Below the pieces are notes generated by a model. That model was given only the letters and a program-made list of their open reading frames with translations, had not been told where the DNA came from and ran no database searches. DNA of 64,000 nucleotides, from positions 62,001-126,000 of IMG/VR virus record IMGVR_UViG_3300036770_003657, one strand, 5' to 3'. This document shows, in pieces, positions 19,624 to 28,511 of this stretch. A program made the position numbers and the translations under genes. Within the stretch, counting starts at the first letter, position 1. Each line of letters begins with the position of its first letter.

Positions 19624-20523
19624 ATGAAACTTAATGAGTTAATCACTGAACAGGAAATTGCAGAATGGGGAATGAATTTAGCTAAAAATTTATTTAAAGG
19701 AGCTAGAACAACACCTCAAAAAATAGATCCTGTTCCTATACCTAAGCCAATAAATTCAAAAGCAGCTCAAGCACGAGCAGGTGCTCAATATGGCGATACA
19801 ATAATCAGTAAGTTAGGTTTTTCTAAAGATTCATGGGTAGGTAAATTACGTCAGAATATGATGGCTAAGGCTATACAACGTAAAGGACTTAAGGCTCATA
19901 ATGATGCAGTGATTAATAATATGAAAGTGGCCACTGAGGCTCAAGCTAGAATTAGTAATCTTGGATTAACAGCATTTACTACAACTCTTTTTCTTTATGG
20001 TGTTTATGATTATTTAATGGCACGCTGGACATTGGATGAAAATGATCCTAATTATGAAAATGAAATAAAAAAACTTAATGGTGAATTCTTATTAAGCTTT
20101 TTAATTCCTAGAGTGATTGGTGCTGGATTAAAATTGACCAGTAAGATGGTTACTGGTATCATAAAACTTACTGGTCACCCAAGAGCTGCTGAAATGGTTC
20201 GTAGATGGGGAGGTCATGTAGCTAAGGTAGGAGAAGCTGCGGCTCTAGCATTTTTTCAAACTGATAAAGGCAAGGAATGGCTAGCCGAATCTACTCTATA
20301 TATTATAGCAAGAGATTTTATTGGATCTGGTATAGAATGGCTAATAGATTTAGGTAAAGAATATCTTCCACGGGTAGCAGCAGGAGTTACTGGAGCTGTA
20401 CAAGGAACTAGTGATTATATGTCAGGTGAAAAAGATGCAACAAAGGATCCTGGTGTTGATGCATATGCTAAAACTGATAGACCTGGTACTATAACAAAGG
20501 CGATGGATCCTAATTACAAATAA
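19624..20523 (+). CDS. Hypothetical late protein, possible internal head protein
   Basis: 299-aa ORF with a late promoter. Starts MKLNELITEQE and has hydrophobic helices. No family recognised. Confidence 0.6.
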   Translation: MKLNELITEQEIAEWGMNLAKNLFKGARTTPQKIDPVPIPKPINSKAAQARAGAQYGDTIISKLGFSKDSWVGKLRQNMMAKAIQRKGLKAHNDAVINNMKVATEAQARISNLGLTAFTTTLFLYGVYDYLMARWTLDENDPNYENEIKKLNGEFLLSFLIPRVIGAGLKLTSKMVTGIIKLTGHPRAAEMVRRWGGHVAKVGEAAALAFFQTDKGKEWLAESTLYIIARDFIGSGIEWLIDLGKEYLPRVAAGVTGAVQGTSDYMSGEKDATKDPGVDAYAKTDRPGTITKAMDPNYK

Positions 20524-20739
20524 TTAAACCAGAGGTAACCCACTCTTTTTAGTAAGCTCTATATTGTTTTTAATAATTTCGTTCATTATCATTCTATCTT
20601 CTGGTGTATAGATGTGTAATAATTCTTGTGCAGTTATACCACCTCTCATGTACCAACTTATAGTATAAATATCTTCCTTTAATCTTTTACACTGTAAGTC
20701 TAGATCATTGAATAAGGTTTCTAAGTCAGAATCCGGCAC
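20524..20739 (-). CDS. gp51-like baseplate/tail assembly protein, probably the -1 frameshift extension of the upstream gene
   Basis: GTG start without a Shine-Dalgarno; ISWYMRGGIT motif. The frame stays open upstream into the gp26-like slippery site. Confidence 0.6.
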   Translation of the reverse strand: MPDSDLETLFNDLDLQCKRLKEDIYTISWYMRGGITAQELLHIYTPEDRMIMNEIIKNNIELTKKSGLPLV

Positions 20740-20744
20740 ATAAA

Positions 20745-21584
20745 TTAATTTCTGCCGAAAAAACTTGCTTGGTCCATAGTGACTACTACTTTGCTTTGAT
20801 GTTCACATTCTGGACATTGTACATTTTGTGTGGGAATATCCCATTGTTGTTTATTTTGTTCCAGTTTAGTTTTAATATTACTAAAATAATCTTTGTCACT
20901 ATTTCTAACCCAATCACTGATAAGTTCTTTGTCATAAACATTACCATCAGGTGTTTCTATATGTTCTATGCTGATTTCAAATAATTCTAATTGCATATCA
21001 CCTATACGCTGGTAAATTTCAGTTTGAGCTTTTAGTGTGCCCACATCATCACCACTAGATTCTAGCCTGTTTAATTGAGCCAACATTTTTTGTAGTTTAT
21101 AGTTTTCTATATTAAATTTGGTAATTTCTTCATAGAGCAACGGTCTAATAATAATTCTCAACTCACCACAAACAATAGCATTATCATAAGTTTGTCCACT
21201 AAGATATGCTAACACATCACTGAGATCTATAGTATAATCATTAATACTTTGACAATTTGGACAACGATGACTCACGTCCATTTTAGCACCATAACTAGCA
21301 ATTCTTATGGCTACTAACAAGCAATCAACATCGATACTGGGCATTTTCCAAGCATTTACTATATGCGGACAACAACTTTGTACAACCTTTACAGTACTCT
21401 CTCCACTAAAAAGAGCATCTGGGGTTTTCATAATGATCTCGTCCATACCTGTCATACCAAATATTGGGGTGTTAGTACTAGAACCCTGTGTGCTACCAGG
21501 TTCGTAGTAAATTCCTTTACTAGGCAAATCTATATAGATTTTAGGTTGACGAAAGTATTTCTGTAGTGGATTTGGACCAGTCAT
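20745..21584 (-). CDS. Baseplate hub assembly chaperone, gp26-like
   Basis: 279 aa with NPLQKYFRQPKIYIDLPS, MTGMDEIIMKTPDALFSG and two CxxC pairs (CPNC, CPEC). Ends DQASFFGRN. Confidence 0.75.
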   Translation of the reverse strand: MTGPNPLQKYFRQPKIYIDLPSKGIYYEPGSTQGSSTNTPIFGMTGMDEIIMKTPDALFSGESTVKVVQSCCPHIVNAWKMPSIDVDCLLVAIRIASYGAKMDVSHRCPNCQSINDYTIDLSDVLAYLSGQTYDNAIVCGELRIIIRPLLYEEITKFNIENYKLQKMLAQLNRLESSGDDVGTLKAQTEIYQRIGDMQLELFEISIEHIETPDGNVYDKELISDWVRNSDKDYFSNIKTKLEQNKQQWDIPTQNVQCPECEHQSKVVVTMDQASFFGRN

Positions 21585-21594
21585 TGTAGCTCCA

Positions 21595-21601
21595 ATAAAT
21601 A
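21595..21601 (+). promoter_or_regulatory. Late promoter ATAAATA for the tape-measure/portal unit
   Basis: TAAATA core upstream of the ATG at 21645. Confidence 0.55.
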
Positions 21602-21612
21602 TAGTAGGAACT

Positions 21613-21620
21613 TATTTATA
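21613..21620 (-). promoter_or_regulatory. Late promoter TATAAATA for the gp26-like gene
   Basis: Exact T4 late consensus on the minus strand, 28 nt upstream of the ATG at 21584. Confidence 0.65.
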
Positions 21621-21644
21621 TATGTTTTTTAACCGAGAAAAAAT

Positions 21645-24600
21645 ATGGCAGCAACCCCATTAGATCCATTAGTAGAAGGTGCAAGTAAAGGTAAAGCAGC
21701 TCTAGAAAGACTTGCAACCGGTGCCAATAAGACCGTTGATGCTCTTAAAAATACTCATAATACATTTGAAGCATTAAGTGGTACAGGTAATAGATTTAAC
21801 AATGACATGGTAGAGATGGCAATAGCAGCAGCTAATGCTCGTATGCCATTAAAAGAATTTTCTGAACTATTACAACAAAATAGTGAAACTTTTGCTGCCC
21901 TAGGTGGTAATGTAAACAGAGGAAGTCAAGAGTTTGTCAAGTTAGCTAAGGAGTTTAATACCAGTGGTCTAGCAGAAAATTTAAGACAGATGGGATTCAG
22001 TGCTGGTGAACTTAATGAAATATTAGCATTACAAGTAGGATTTCAAAAAAGCTCATTTGATAGAAGCGCAGAAGGACAGAGAAAGGCAGCTGCCGGTGCA
22101 GCAGAATTTGCCTATGAATTAGATAGATTAACACAGTTAACAGGACAATCAAGGAGAGATCAGGAGGACAATTTAAAACGAGCCCAAGCTGATATGAAAC
22201 TTGAGGCCAAGTTTAGAGAGATTGGTTTTGCCAAAGGTCCAGAAGAGGAAGCAAAAGCTAGGGCAATGTTCAAGGAAAATTTTGCTGTATTTGCTGCCAA
22301 AGGTATGGGCGACATGTACAAAGAAATGGTAGCTATGAATACTGTGACTTCTCAGGCAGCTCAAACACAGTTTGCTATATCAGGTAAAGCAGGCCAAGAG
22401 GCTATGAGAAGTGCCATAGAACTAGGCAGAGGCAATACAGAATTAGCCAAAGCTGCAACAGAGCGTGCCGAGATAGAAGTTATGAATCTACAGCGTAGTA
22501 GGGCATTCAATAGTATTGCTATGTATGCTAGCGGAACTGTTGGTGAAGTTGCACGTCAAACTATGGCTGCTAATGATAAAGCTTATCATGGTATGCAGGC
22601 CACTATGAAAGAGTATGGCATTGATGTTAATAATGTCAATGAAGCACTTAAAAAACAAGCTGAAGAAATTAAAAAGGAACAAAATGCAAGATCAGGCATA
22701 ACCTCAGCCATGATCACAGGAAAGGTACAATTGGAAACTGCTTATGCTGCATTTATGGAAAGAATGCTAGGTGGTATCAATAGGGATCAAAAACTAAATG
22801 AATCTTTATTAAGTTTTTCAAAACAATTCAGTCAAACTCAGCCAGGTGATCTTCCTAAGGATACAATAAGACGATATGAACAAGCTTTAAAAGAACAAAA
22901 GCCTGGAGGACCTCCTGCTGATGCTAGCTTTCAAGAAATGTATTCTAGAATGATTGGAAAAATGGGAGGTGATTTCGCTGTACAATTAGGAGCACAAGCT
23001 GCTAAGGGACTTGTAGATGTAACAAAAACACTGATATCAGGAGGGCTAGGTGCTGCTGAAAATATTATTAATGCAGTAGATATTAATCTGGCAGGTGATA
23101 TCAAAACTGATAAAGAACCAAAGACAGGTCGTGCTGGTGGTACATTAGGCGAAACTGGTAATGTTATAGAACCTAAAGATGTACAAGCTTTATTGCACAA
23201 AGGTGAAATGGTCTTAACACCAGAGCAACAGCGTAATATGATGACTAATATTAGGACTGATGCTATAGCAGATGTAATGCACAAGATGGTAAACACTGCT
23301 TCTAAGACTAGTCCCACTGACACTTTTGCTGTAAAAGATTTGCAAAAGATTGCAAAAGATATAACCAGTGTGGCAAGTAAAGTAGAAGTAATTAATTGGC
23401 CAAAGAACTTTACAGGAGCTGCTGCTAACCCTCCAGCTCAAACTAAACCAGCAGAAACAAAGCCCACAGAAGTTAAACCATCTGATAAGAAAGAAGAAAA
23501 GAAAAATGATCCTAGACAAGACTTGGCCAAACAAGTACCTACTCAGGCCAGTGTGCGTAGTGTGGATAATCAAATAGACAGAGCAGAAGAAATTAAAAAT
23601 GCTATGCCCAGTATTGCTAGTTTGTTCATAAAAGATCAGGAAGATGAATTAGAAACAGCAGCAGAACAATTTAGTGGAGTATTTAAAGACCTTATTCCTA
23701 TACAAGAATTAGAAACTACACAGGAAGAATTTAGAAGCAAGTTCAATGAAAATCAAAGACGATTAATTGAAGATTATAAGAATAGTAGTGAAGAGAATAG
23801 ATTTTTTGCAGCAGAGGAACAACGTTCTGCAATGGAAGAAGATCTTAAATTATTACAGAAGAAAAATGCAGAAATAGAAAGGTTAACAGAAGAAAGAAAT
23901 AAACGTGAACTAACTGAAGAAGAAGAATCACAACTAGCTGAAGAAACTATGAATAGAGATGCTTTACGTAAATTAGTAGAGGATAGACAAGATCATATTG
24001 ATGTTATAGAAAATATAGAACAATATGCATATGAGCGTGATTTAGAAAAGCAGGTAGAAAATGCCAAAGCATTTGCAGATCAAAAAGCTAAAGCCCAAGC
24101 TGAAGAATTAGAAAGTTTAGGAGGTATAACTGATGCTGCTCTACAGGCAAGACAAGAGTTTTTAAATCAGCTAGATAGTAGTTTTACTGAAGATGAATAT
24201 GGTGAAGGTGGTGATGCCATTGGTGGAGAAATGGATCCTTCCTTTGCTGAAGATGAAAGCGAATATGTACAAGCAGCTATACAGGATTTAACAGAACAAA
24301 TACCAAATATAGGTAATAGTTTAACTGAGTTTATAGAAGATGAATATGGTCTAGGTGGCGATGCTATTGGCGGTGAAATGGACAGTGCCTTTGCTGAGGA
24401 TGAGGATAGTTATGTAGCAGAAGCACTAAAAGCTTTTAATGAGCAAGTGCCAAAATTAACAACAACCTTTAATGAATTCAGTGAAAATGCCGAAGAAGAT
24501 GTGGATAGCACTAGTGAGTTTAATGGATATACTGATCCAGAAACTGCTATAACTGACTTGACAGAACAAATAGCTGGACTAAAAGAATTTGAACAAGATG

Positions 24601-25253
24601 AGTATGGTCTAGGTGGTGAGGCTATCGGTGGTGAAATGGATAGTGCTTTTGCAGAAGATGAGGATAGTTATGTAGCAGAAGCTTTAAAAGGATTTCAAAA
24701 TTTAATACCTGATAGTATGATAGATGACGCTGCATATGCAGCAGGGCCAGGGGATCCTAGTGTAGCAGGGTTTGATGCTTATGGTGGACCAGGGGATGCT
24801 AGTGTAGCAGGTATAGACTATACCGAAGAAAAAGATCAAAGATTAAATGTTTCTGGTTTAGATAAGAAAGGTAAACCTCAGACTGAAAGTAATTTTAGTC
24901 CAATCACTATGGATATGTTTACCCTAGGACCAGATGGTTTACCTATTGCTAAACCTAAAGCAGAAGCTAAAACTATACCAGCAGCAGTGAAAAAAGATGA
25001 AAATCAAAGTGACGCAGAAACTAAAAGATTACAAAGACAAAATGATGCTAAAAAAGCTGAAGATGATAAAAAATCTGAACCTAAAACAGCTCAACCTGAA
25101 GCAAAACCACAGAGTAAAACTCTTGATGATGTTGTAAAAACTTTAGAATCATTAAATACTTCTATAGGAAAGTTGACTCAAAAAGTTGAGGAAACTAGCA
25201 ACAAAGAAATAAGCGCCATGAAATCTATGGACGGAAATCTATTTAAAAGGTAA
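21645..25253 (+). CDS. Tape-measure-like protein
   Basis: 1202 aa, mostly Ala/Glu/Gln-rich helical sequence with an LHKGEMVLTPEQ motif. Adjacent to the assembly chaperone genes. Confidence 0.65.
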   Translation: MAATPLDPLVEGASKGKAALERLATGANKTVDALKNTHNTFEALSGTGNRFNNDMVEMAIAAANARMPLKEFSELLQQNSETFAALGGNVNRGSQEFVKLAKEFNTSGLAENLRQMGFSAGELNEILALQVGFQKSSFDRSAEGQRKAAAGAAEFAYELDRLTQLTGQSRRDQEDNLKRAQADMKLEAKFREIGFAKGPEEEAKARAMFKENFAVFAAKGMGDMYKEMVAMNTVTSQAAQTQFAISGKAGQEAMRSAIELGRGNTELAKAATERAEIEVMNLQRSRAFNSIAMYASGTVGEVARQTMAANDKAYHGMQATMKEYGIDVNNVNEALKKQAEEIKKEQNARSGITSAMITGKVQLETAYAAFMERMLGGINRDQKLNESLLSFSKQFSQTQPGDLPKDTIRRYEQALKEQKPGGPPADASFQEMYSRMIGKMGGDFAVQLGAQAAKGLVDVTKTLISGGLGAAENIINAVDINLAGDIKTDKEPKTGRAGGTLGETGNVIEPKDVQALLHKGEMVLTPEQQRNMMTNIRTDAIADVMHKMVNTASKTSPTDTFAVKDLQKIAKDITSVASKVEVINWPKNFTGAAANPPAQTKPAETKPTEVKPSDKKEEKKNDPRQDLAKQVPTQASVRSVDNQIDRAEEIKNAMPSIASLFIKDQEDELETAAEQFSGVFKDLIPIQELETTQEEFRSKFNENQRRLIEDYKNSSEENRFFAAEEQRSAMEEDLKLLQKKNAEIERLTEERNKRELTEEEESQLAEETMNRDALRKLVEDRQDHIDVIENIEQYAYERDLEKQVENAKAFADQKAKAQAEELESLGGITDAALQARQEFLNQLDSSFTEDEYGEGGDAIGGEMDPSFAEDESEYVQAAIQDLTEQIPNIGNSLTEFIEDEYGLGGDAIGGEMDSAFAEDEDSYVAEALKAFNEQVPKLTTTFNEFSENAEEDVDSTSEFNGYTDPETAITDLTEQIAGLKEFEQDEYGLGGEAIGGEMDSAFAEDEDSYVAEALKGFQNLIPDSMIDDAAYAAGPGDPSVAGFDAYGGPGDASVAGIDYTEEKDQRLNVSGLDKKGKPQTESNFSPITMDMFTLGPDGLPIAKPKAEAKTIPAAVKKDENQSDAETKRLQRQNDAKKAEDDKKSEPKTAQPEAKPQSKTLDDVVKTLESLNTSIGKLTQKVEETSNKEISAMKSMDGNLFKR
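24184..24695 (+). repeat. Three acidic repeats of about 30 aa in the tape-measure-like protein
   Basis: EDEYGEGGDAIGGEMDPSFAEDESEYV, EDEYGLGGDAIGGEMDSAFAEDEDSYVAEALK and QDEYGLGGEAIGGEMDSAFAEDEDSYVAEALK. Confidence 0.85.
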
Positions 25254-25258
25254 TTTAT

Positions 25259-26983
25259 ATGAGTTGGCGTAGGCATTTTAATCCTGTTGACACTAGCGAT
25301 CAACAAAGCTTGAGCGTACTAGGAAACCTAAATAATGGAAATAGGCCAGGACCAGCACGTAGTAATTACAGTAGTTTTTTACCTGACATCTATGTAGGAA
25401 CTCCTAATCGTATTGAAAGATATATGCAATATGACACTATGGATATGGATCCAGAAGTCAATGCTGCCCTAGATATTTTAGCAGAATTTTGTACACAGAA
25501 AAATAAAGAAAACAATACAACATTTAGTCTAAGTTTTAAAGATCGTGCCACAAATAGTGAAATTCGTGTACTGCGTGAATACTTACAACAATGGTTTAAG
25601 CTACAACAATTTGATACACGATTTTTTCGTATTGTACGAAATACTTTTAAGTTTGGTGATGCAATCTTTATTAGAGACCCGGAGACGCAAAAATGGTTTT
25701 ATATTGATCCATCTAAATTGACTAAAATTATTGTTAATGAAAGTGATGGAAAAAGGCCTGAACAATATGTTATAAGGGATTTAAATCCAAATTTTAAAAA
25801 TCTTGTAGCTACTCAAATACAAAATAGTCCTCAACAAACTAATAACAGGGGAAGTAATTATATTGCTGGAGGGGGAATGACCAGAGGAGCTACTGGTGCA
25901 TACCCAACTCAGTATGGTGATCGCTTTAGTTTAAATGAAAATGAAGTTGCTATTGATGCTGCTCACGTTGTACATTTGAGTTTGAGTGAAGGTCTTGACA
26001 ACAACTATCCATTTGGTACTAGTCTACTTGAACAAGTTTTTAAAGTATACAAACAAAAAGAATTACTTGAAGATGCTATTCTAATCTATCGTATACAACG
26101 TGCTCCAGAACGTAGAATTTTTTATATTGATGTAGGTAATATGCCCAGTCACATGGCTATGAGCTTTGTTGAGCGTGTAAAAAATGAAATACATCAGAGA
26201 CGTATACCTAGCCAAAATGGTGGAGGTATGAATATTATTGACAGTGCCTACAACCCATTAAGCATAGGTGAAGACTACTTCTTCCCACAGACAGAAGGTG
26301 GTAGAGGCAGTAAAGTAGAAACACTAGCAGGAGGTCAAAATCTTGGTGAAATTGACGATTTGAGGTACTTTACAAATAAATTGTTCAGAGCCTTGCGTAT
26401 ACCAAGTAGCTATCTTCCTAGTGGTCCAGATGATGGGCAGCAACAATATAACGATGGTCGTGTGGGTACAGCATACATTCAAGAACTGCGTTTTAATAAT
26501 TATTGCATGAGATTGCAAACCTTGTTGACTAGCGTGTTTGATGAGGAATTTAAGAGGTTTTTACACTACAGAGGTGTAAACATTGATACAAGTTTGTTTG
26601 AAATAAAATTTCAAACACCTTTGAACTTTGCTGCTTACCGTCAAAGTGAGATGGATGGACAGCGCATCAACACTTTTAATACTATACAGGCTATTCCATA
26701 TATGAGTAAGAGGTTTGCTCTAAAAAGATTCCTAGGTTTAAGTGAAGAAGAGATGGCAGAAAATGAAAACTTATGGCGTCAAGAGAAAGGTATGGCACCT
26801 ATAACTGGTACAGATGCTAGTGGTGAACTACGTGGAGCAGGACTCAGTGCAGCAGGTATTGACAGTGACTTAGAAATGGCAGGTGATACTACTGCTCCTG
26901 AGGATATGACAGCAGAGATGCCTGGAGGTGTAGCTCCAGAAACAGGATTGGCAAGTCCTATGGCAGCAGCTCCTCCAATGTAA
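25259..26983 (+). CDS. gp20: Portal protein
   Basis: LEDAILIYRIQRAPERRIFYIDVGNMP, EDYFFPQTEGGRGSKVETL and LRIPSSYL are T4 gp20 motifs. Confidence 0.95.
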   Translation: MSWRRHFNPVDTSDQQSLSVLGNLNNGNRPGPARSNYSSFLPDIYVGTPNRIERYMQYDTMDMDPEVNAALDILAEFCTQKNKENNTTFSLSFKDRATNSEIRVLREYLQQWFKLQQFDTRFFRIVRNTFKFGDAIFIRDPETQKWFYIDPSKLTKIIVNESDGKRPEQYVIRDLNPNFKNLVATQIQNSPQQTNNRGSNYIAGGGMTRGATGAYPTQYGDRFSLNENEVAIDAAHVVHLSLSEGLDNNYPFGTSLLEQVFKVYKQKELLEDAILIYRIQRAPERRIFYIDVGNMPSHMAMSFVERVKNEIHQRRIPSQNGGGMNIIDSAYNPLSIGEDYFFPQTEGGRGSKVETLAGGQNLGEIDDLRYFTNKLFRALRIPSSYLPSGPDDGQQQYNDGRVGTAYIQELRFNNYCMRLQTLLTSVFDEEFKRFLHYRGVNIDTSLFEIKFQTPLNFAAYRQSEMDGQRINTFNTIQAIPYMSKRFALKRFLGLSEEEMAENENLWRQEKGMAPITGTDASGELRGAGLSAAGIDSDLEMAGDTTAPEDMTAEMPGGVAPETGLASPMAAAPPM

Positions 26984-26989
26984 TAAATA
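26981..26989 (+). promoter_or_regulatory. Late promoter TAATAAATA overlapping the portal stop, near-leaderless
   Basis: 4 nt upstream of the ATG at 26994; same context as 19611. Confidence 0.65.
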
Positions 26990-26993
26990 CACT

Positions 26994-27236
26994 ATGATTC
27001 TTCGAGAACTATTTTATTTAAATCCTGAAACACAGAAGATATCTAATGATTTTAGATTTGATTCTGCACGGGATGTTGAAGAATTACAGCGTAGTGACAC
27101 AAGAAAAACCAGACTAACCTTAAGACAGATAAATGATTTACGTAAGGCATCAGAATCACACATTTTAGAAACAGAAGAAGAAATGGAATTTGTTCAAAAA
27201 ATGTACGGTACTGAACCTGCACAGCCTGCCGCTTAA
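26994..27236 (+). CDS. Small head-module protein (prohead core-like)
   Basis: 80 aa with RKTRLTLRQINDLRK...VQKMYG. Sits between portal and scaffold genes. Confidence 0.6.
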   Translation: MILRELFYLNPETQKISNDFRFDSARDVEELQRSDTRKTRLTLRQINDLRKASESHILETEEEMEFVQKMYGTEPAQPAA

Positions 27237-27256
27237 ATCATTTATAAGGATAGTTT

Positions 27257-27853
27257 ATGATACACCCACCTATTGATGGCCTAGTATGCCAGCAACACGA
27301 GAATTTTCAAGCACCTTTTCGAGTATTTTTTAATGAAATAAAACCTACAACAGTAATAGAAATAGGTATTGGACAAGGTGCTACAAGCCTAGCACTAAAC
27401 AGAATTTTAAAAGAAGTTGGACACGAATATCAAATGATCAGTTATGAGCTACATCCACAAGGATGGTATGCAATGTTGAGTAATGAAGGTATTTTAGTTA
27501 GAATTTGTAATCTTTTTACAGATGATTATAATGCTCTGCGTGAAAGTAATACAGCAGAGATAGTAGGAAATATTCAACGATCAGGTACTACTGTGTTAAT
27601 GTGTGACGGTGGCTTGAAGAAAAATGAAGTAAATTTTTTAGCAGATTACCTTAAGCCAGGTGACTTTATTATGGCACACGATTACTGTAGAAATGTTGAG
27701 TATTTTGAAGAAGCAATCAATAATCGTATATGGAATTGGTGTGAGATCACTGATGCTGATATACAGGACGCTATGGATAGAAATAATTTTCAAGATTATA
27801 TGCGTGATGAGTTTCAGAATGTAGCTTGGATGTGTCGTCGAAAACCATTATAA
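27257..27853 (+). CDS. Class I SAM-dependent methyltransferase-like protein (CmcI/Methyltransf_24-like)
   Basis: VIEIGIGQGAT motif I, followed by LMCDGG and LKPGDFIMAHD. Confidence 0.65.
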   Translation: MIHPPIDGLVCQQHENFQAPFRVFFNEIKPTTVIEIGIGQGATSLALNRILKEVGHEYQMISYELHPQGWYAMLSNEGILVRICNLFTDDYNALRESNTAEIVGNIQRSGTTVLMCDGGLKKNEVNFLADYLKPGDFIMAHDYCRNVEYFEEAINNRIWNWCEITDADIQDAMDRNNFQDYMRDEFQNVAWMCRRKPL

Positions 27854-28434
27854 CACGTAGTTTTGTGTTCGGCAATGGCAGAACACGATTAAACATTGAT
27901 TTTGATGAGGTTCGTTCATACGGACCTATCTACGCTTGTAATGCTGTATATAGGGAATATACTCCAGATTATTTAATAGCAGTTGATCGTAAAATGATTA
28001 ACGAAATAAAAAATTCTAATTATAATACTTCAAATGTGTACACTTATGACAATATTGATCGTAGACAATATAAAAATTTTAACTTTATAGAACCTAATTT
28101 AGGATGGAGCAGCGGACCTACTGCTCTTTATTTGGCCTCAAAGACTATGCCAAAGGAAGTTTATATATTTGGGTTTGATTTTGAAGGATTGAATGGTAAG
28201 TTAAACAATGTATATGCCGATACTTTCAATTATAAAAGTCGTGATGATAAAGCTACATACTACGGAAATTGGATCAAACAGACAGAAAAAGTTATAAAAG
28301 ATAACCTAAACATAAAGTATATTAGGGTATCTATACCAAATTTTTTCGAAGTCAAATGGCCATATGATAACTATAACCAAATACTATACGAAGATTTTAG
28401 AAAAATGATGCTAGAGTGGAAAAAAATTCGTTAA
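27826..28434 (+). CDS. Maf/DUF115/sialyltransferase-like (CstII-like) nucleotide-sugar enzyme
   Basis: FVFGNG..R, YACNAVY, DYLIAVD, WSSGPTA and VYIFGFDF form the pattern of this fold. The exact start is uncertain. Confidence 0.55.
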   Translation: MDVSSKTIITRSFVFGNGRTRLNIDFDEVRSYGPIYACNAVYREYTPDYLIAVDRKMINEIKNSNYNTSNVYTYDNIDRRQYKNFNFIEPNLGWSSGPTALYLASKTMPKEVYIFGFDFEGLNGKLNNVYADTFNYKSRDDKATYYGNWIKQTEKVIKDNLNIKYIRVSIPNFFEVKWPYDNYNQILYEDFRKMMLEWKKIR

Positions 28435-28471
28435 TTTTAGCCTATAATACACCGTTTTTTTAAGTTATATG

Positions 28472-28477
28472 TAAATA
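28472..28477 (+). promoter_or_regulatory. Late promoter TAAATA for the scaffold-protease-capsid operon
   Basis: 34 nt upstream of the ATG at 28512, with AGGAG in between. Confidence 0.6.
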
Positions 28478-28511
28478 ATACTTGACAGCTCATTACCTAT
28501 AGGAGAACAAA

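Noticed and set aside
28482-28487. TTGACA upstream of the scaffold gene as a sigma70 -35 box
   Set aside because: There is no -10 hexamer at 16-18 nt spacing; the position falls in the RBS.
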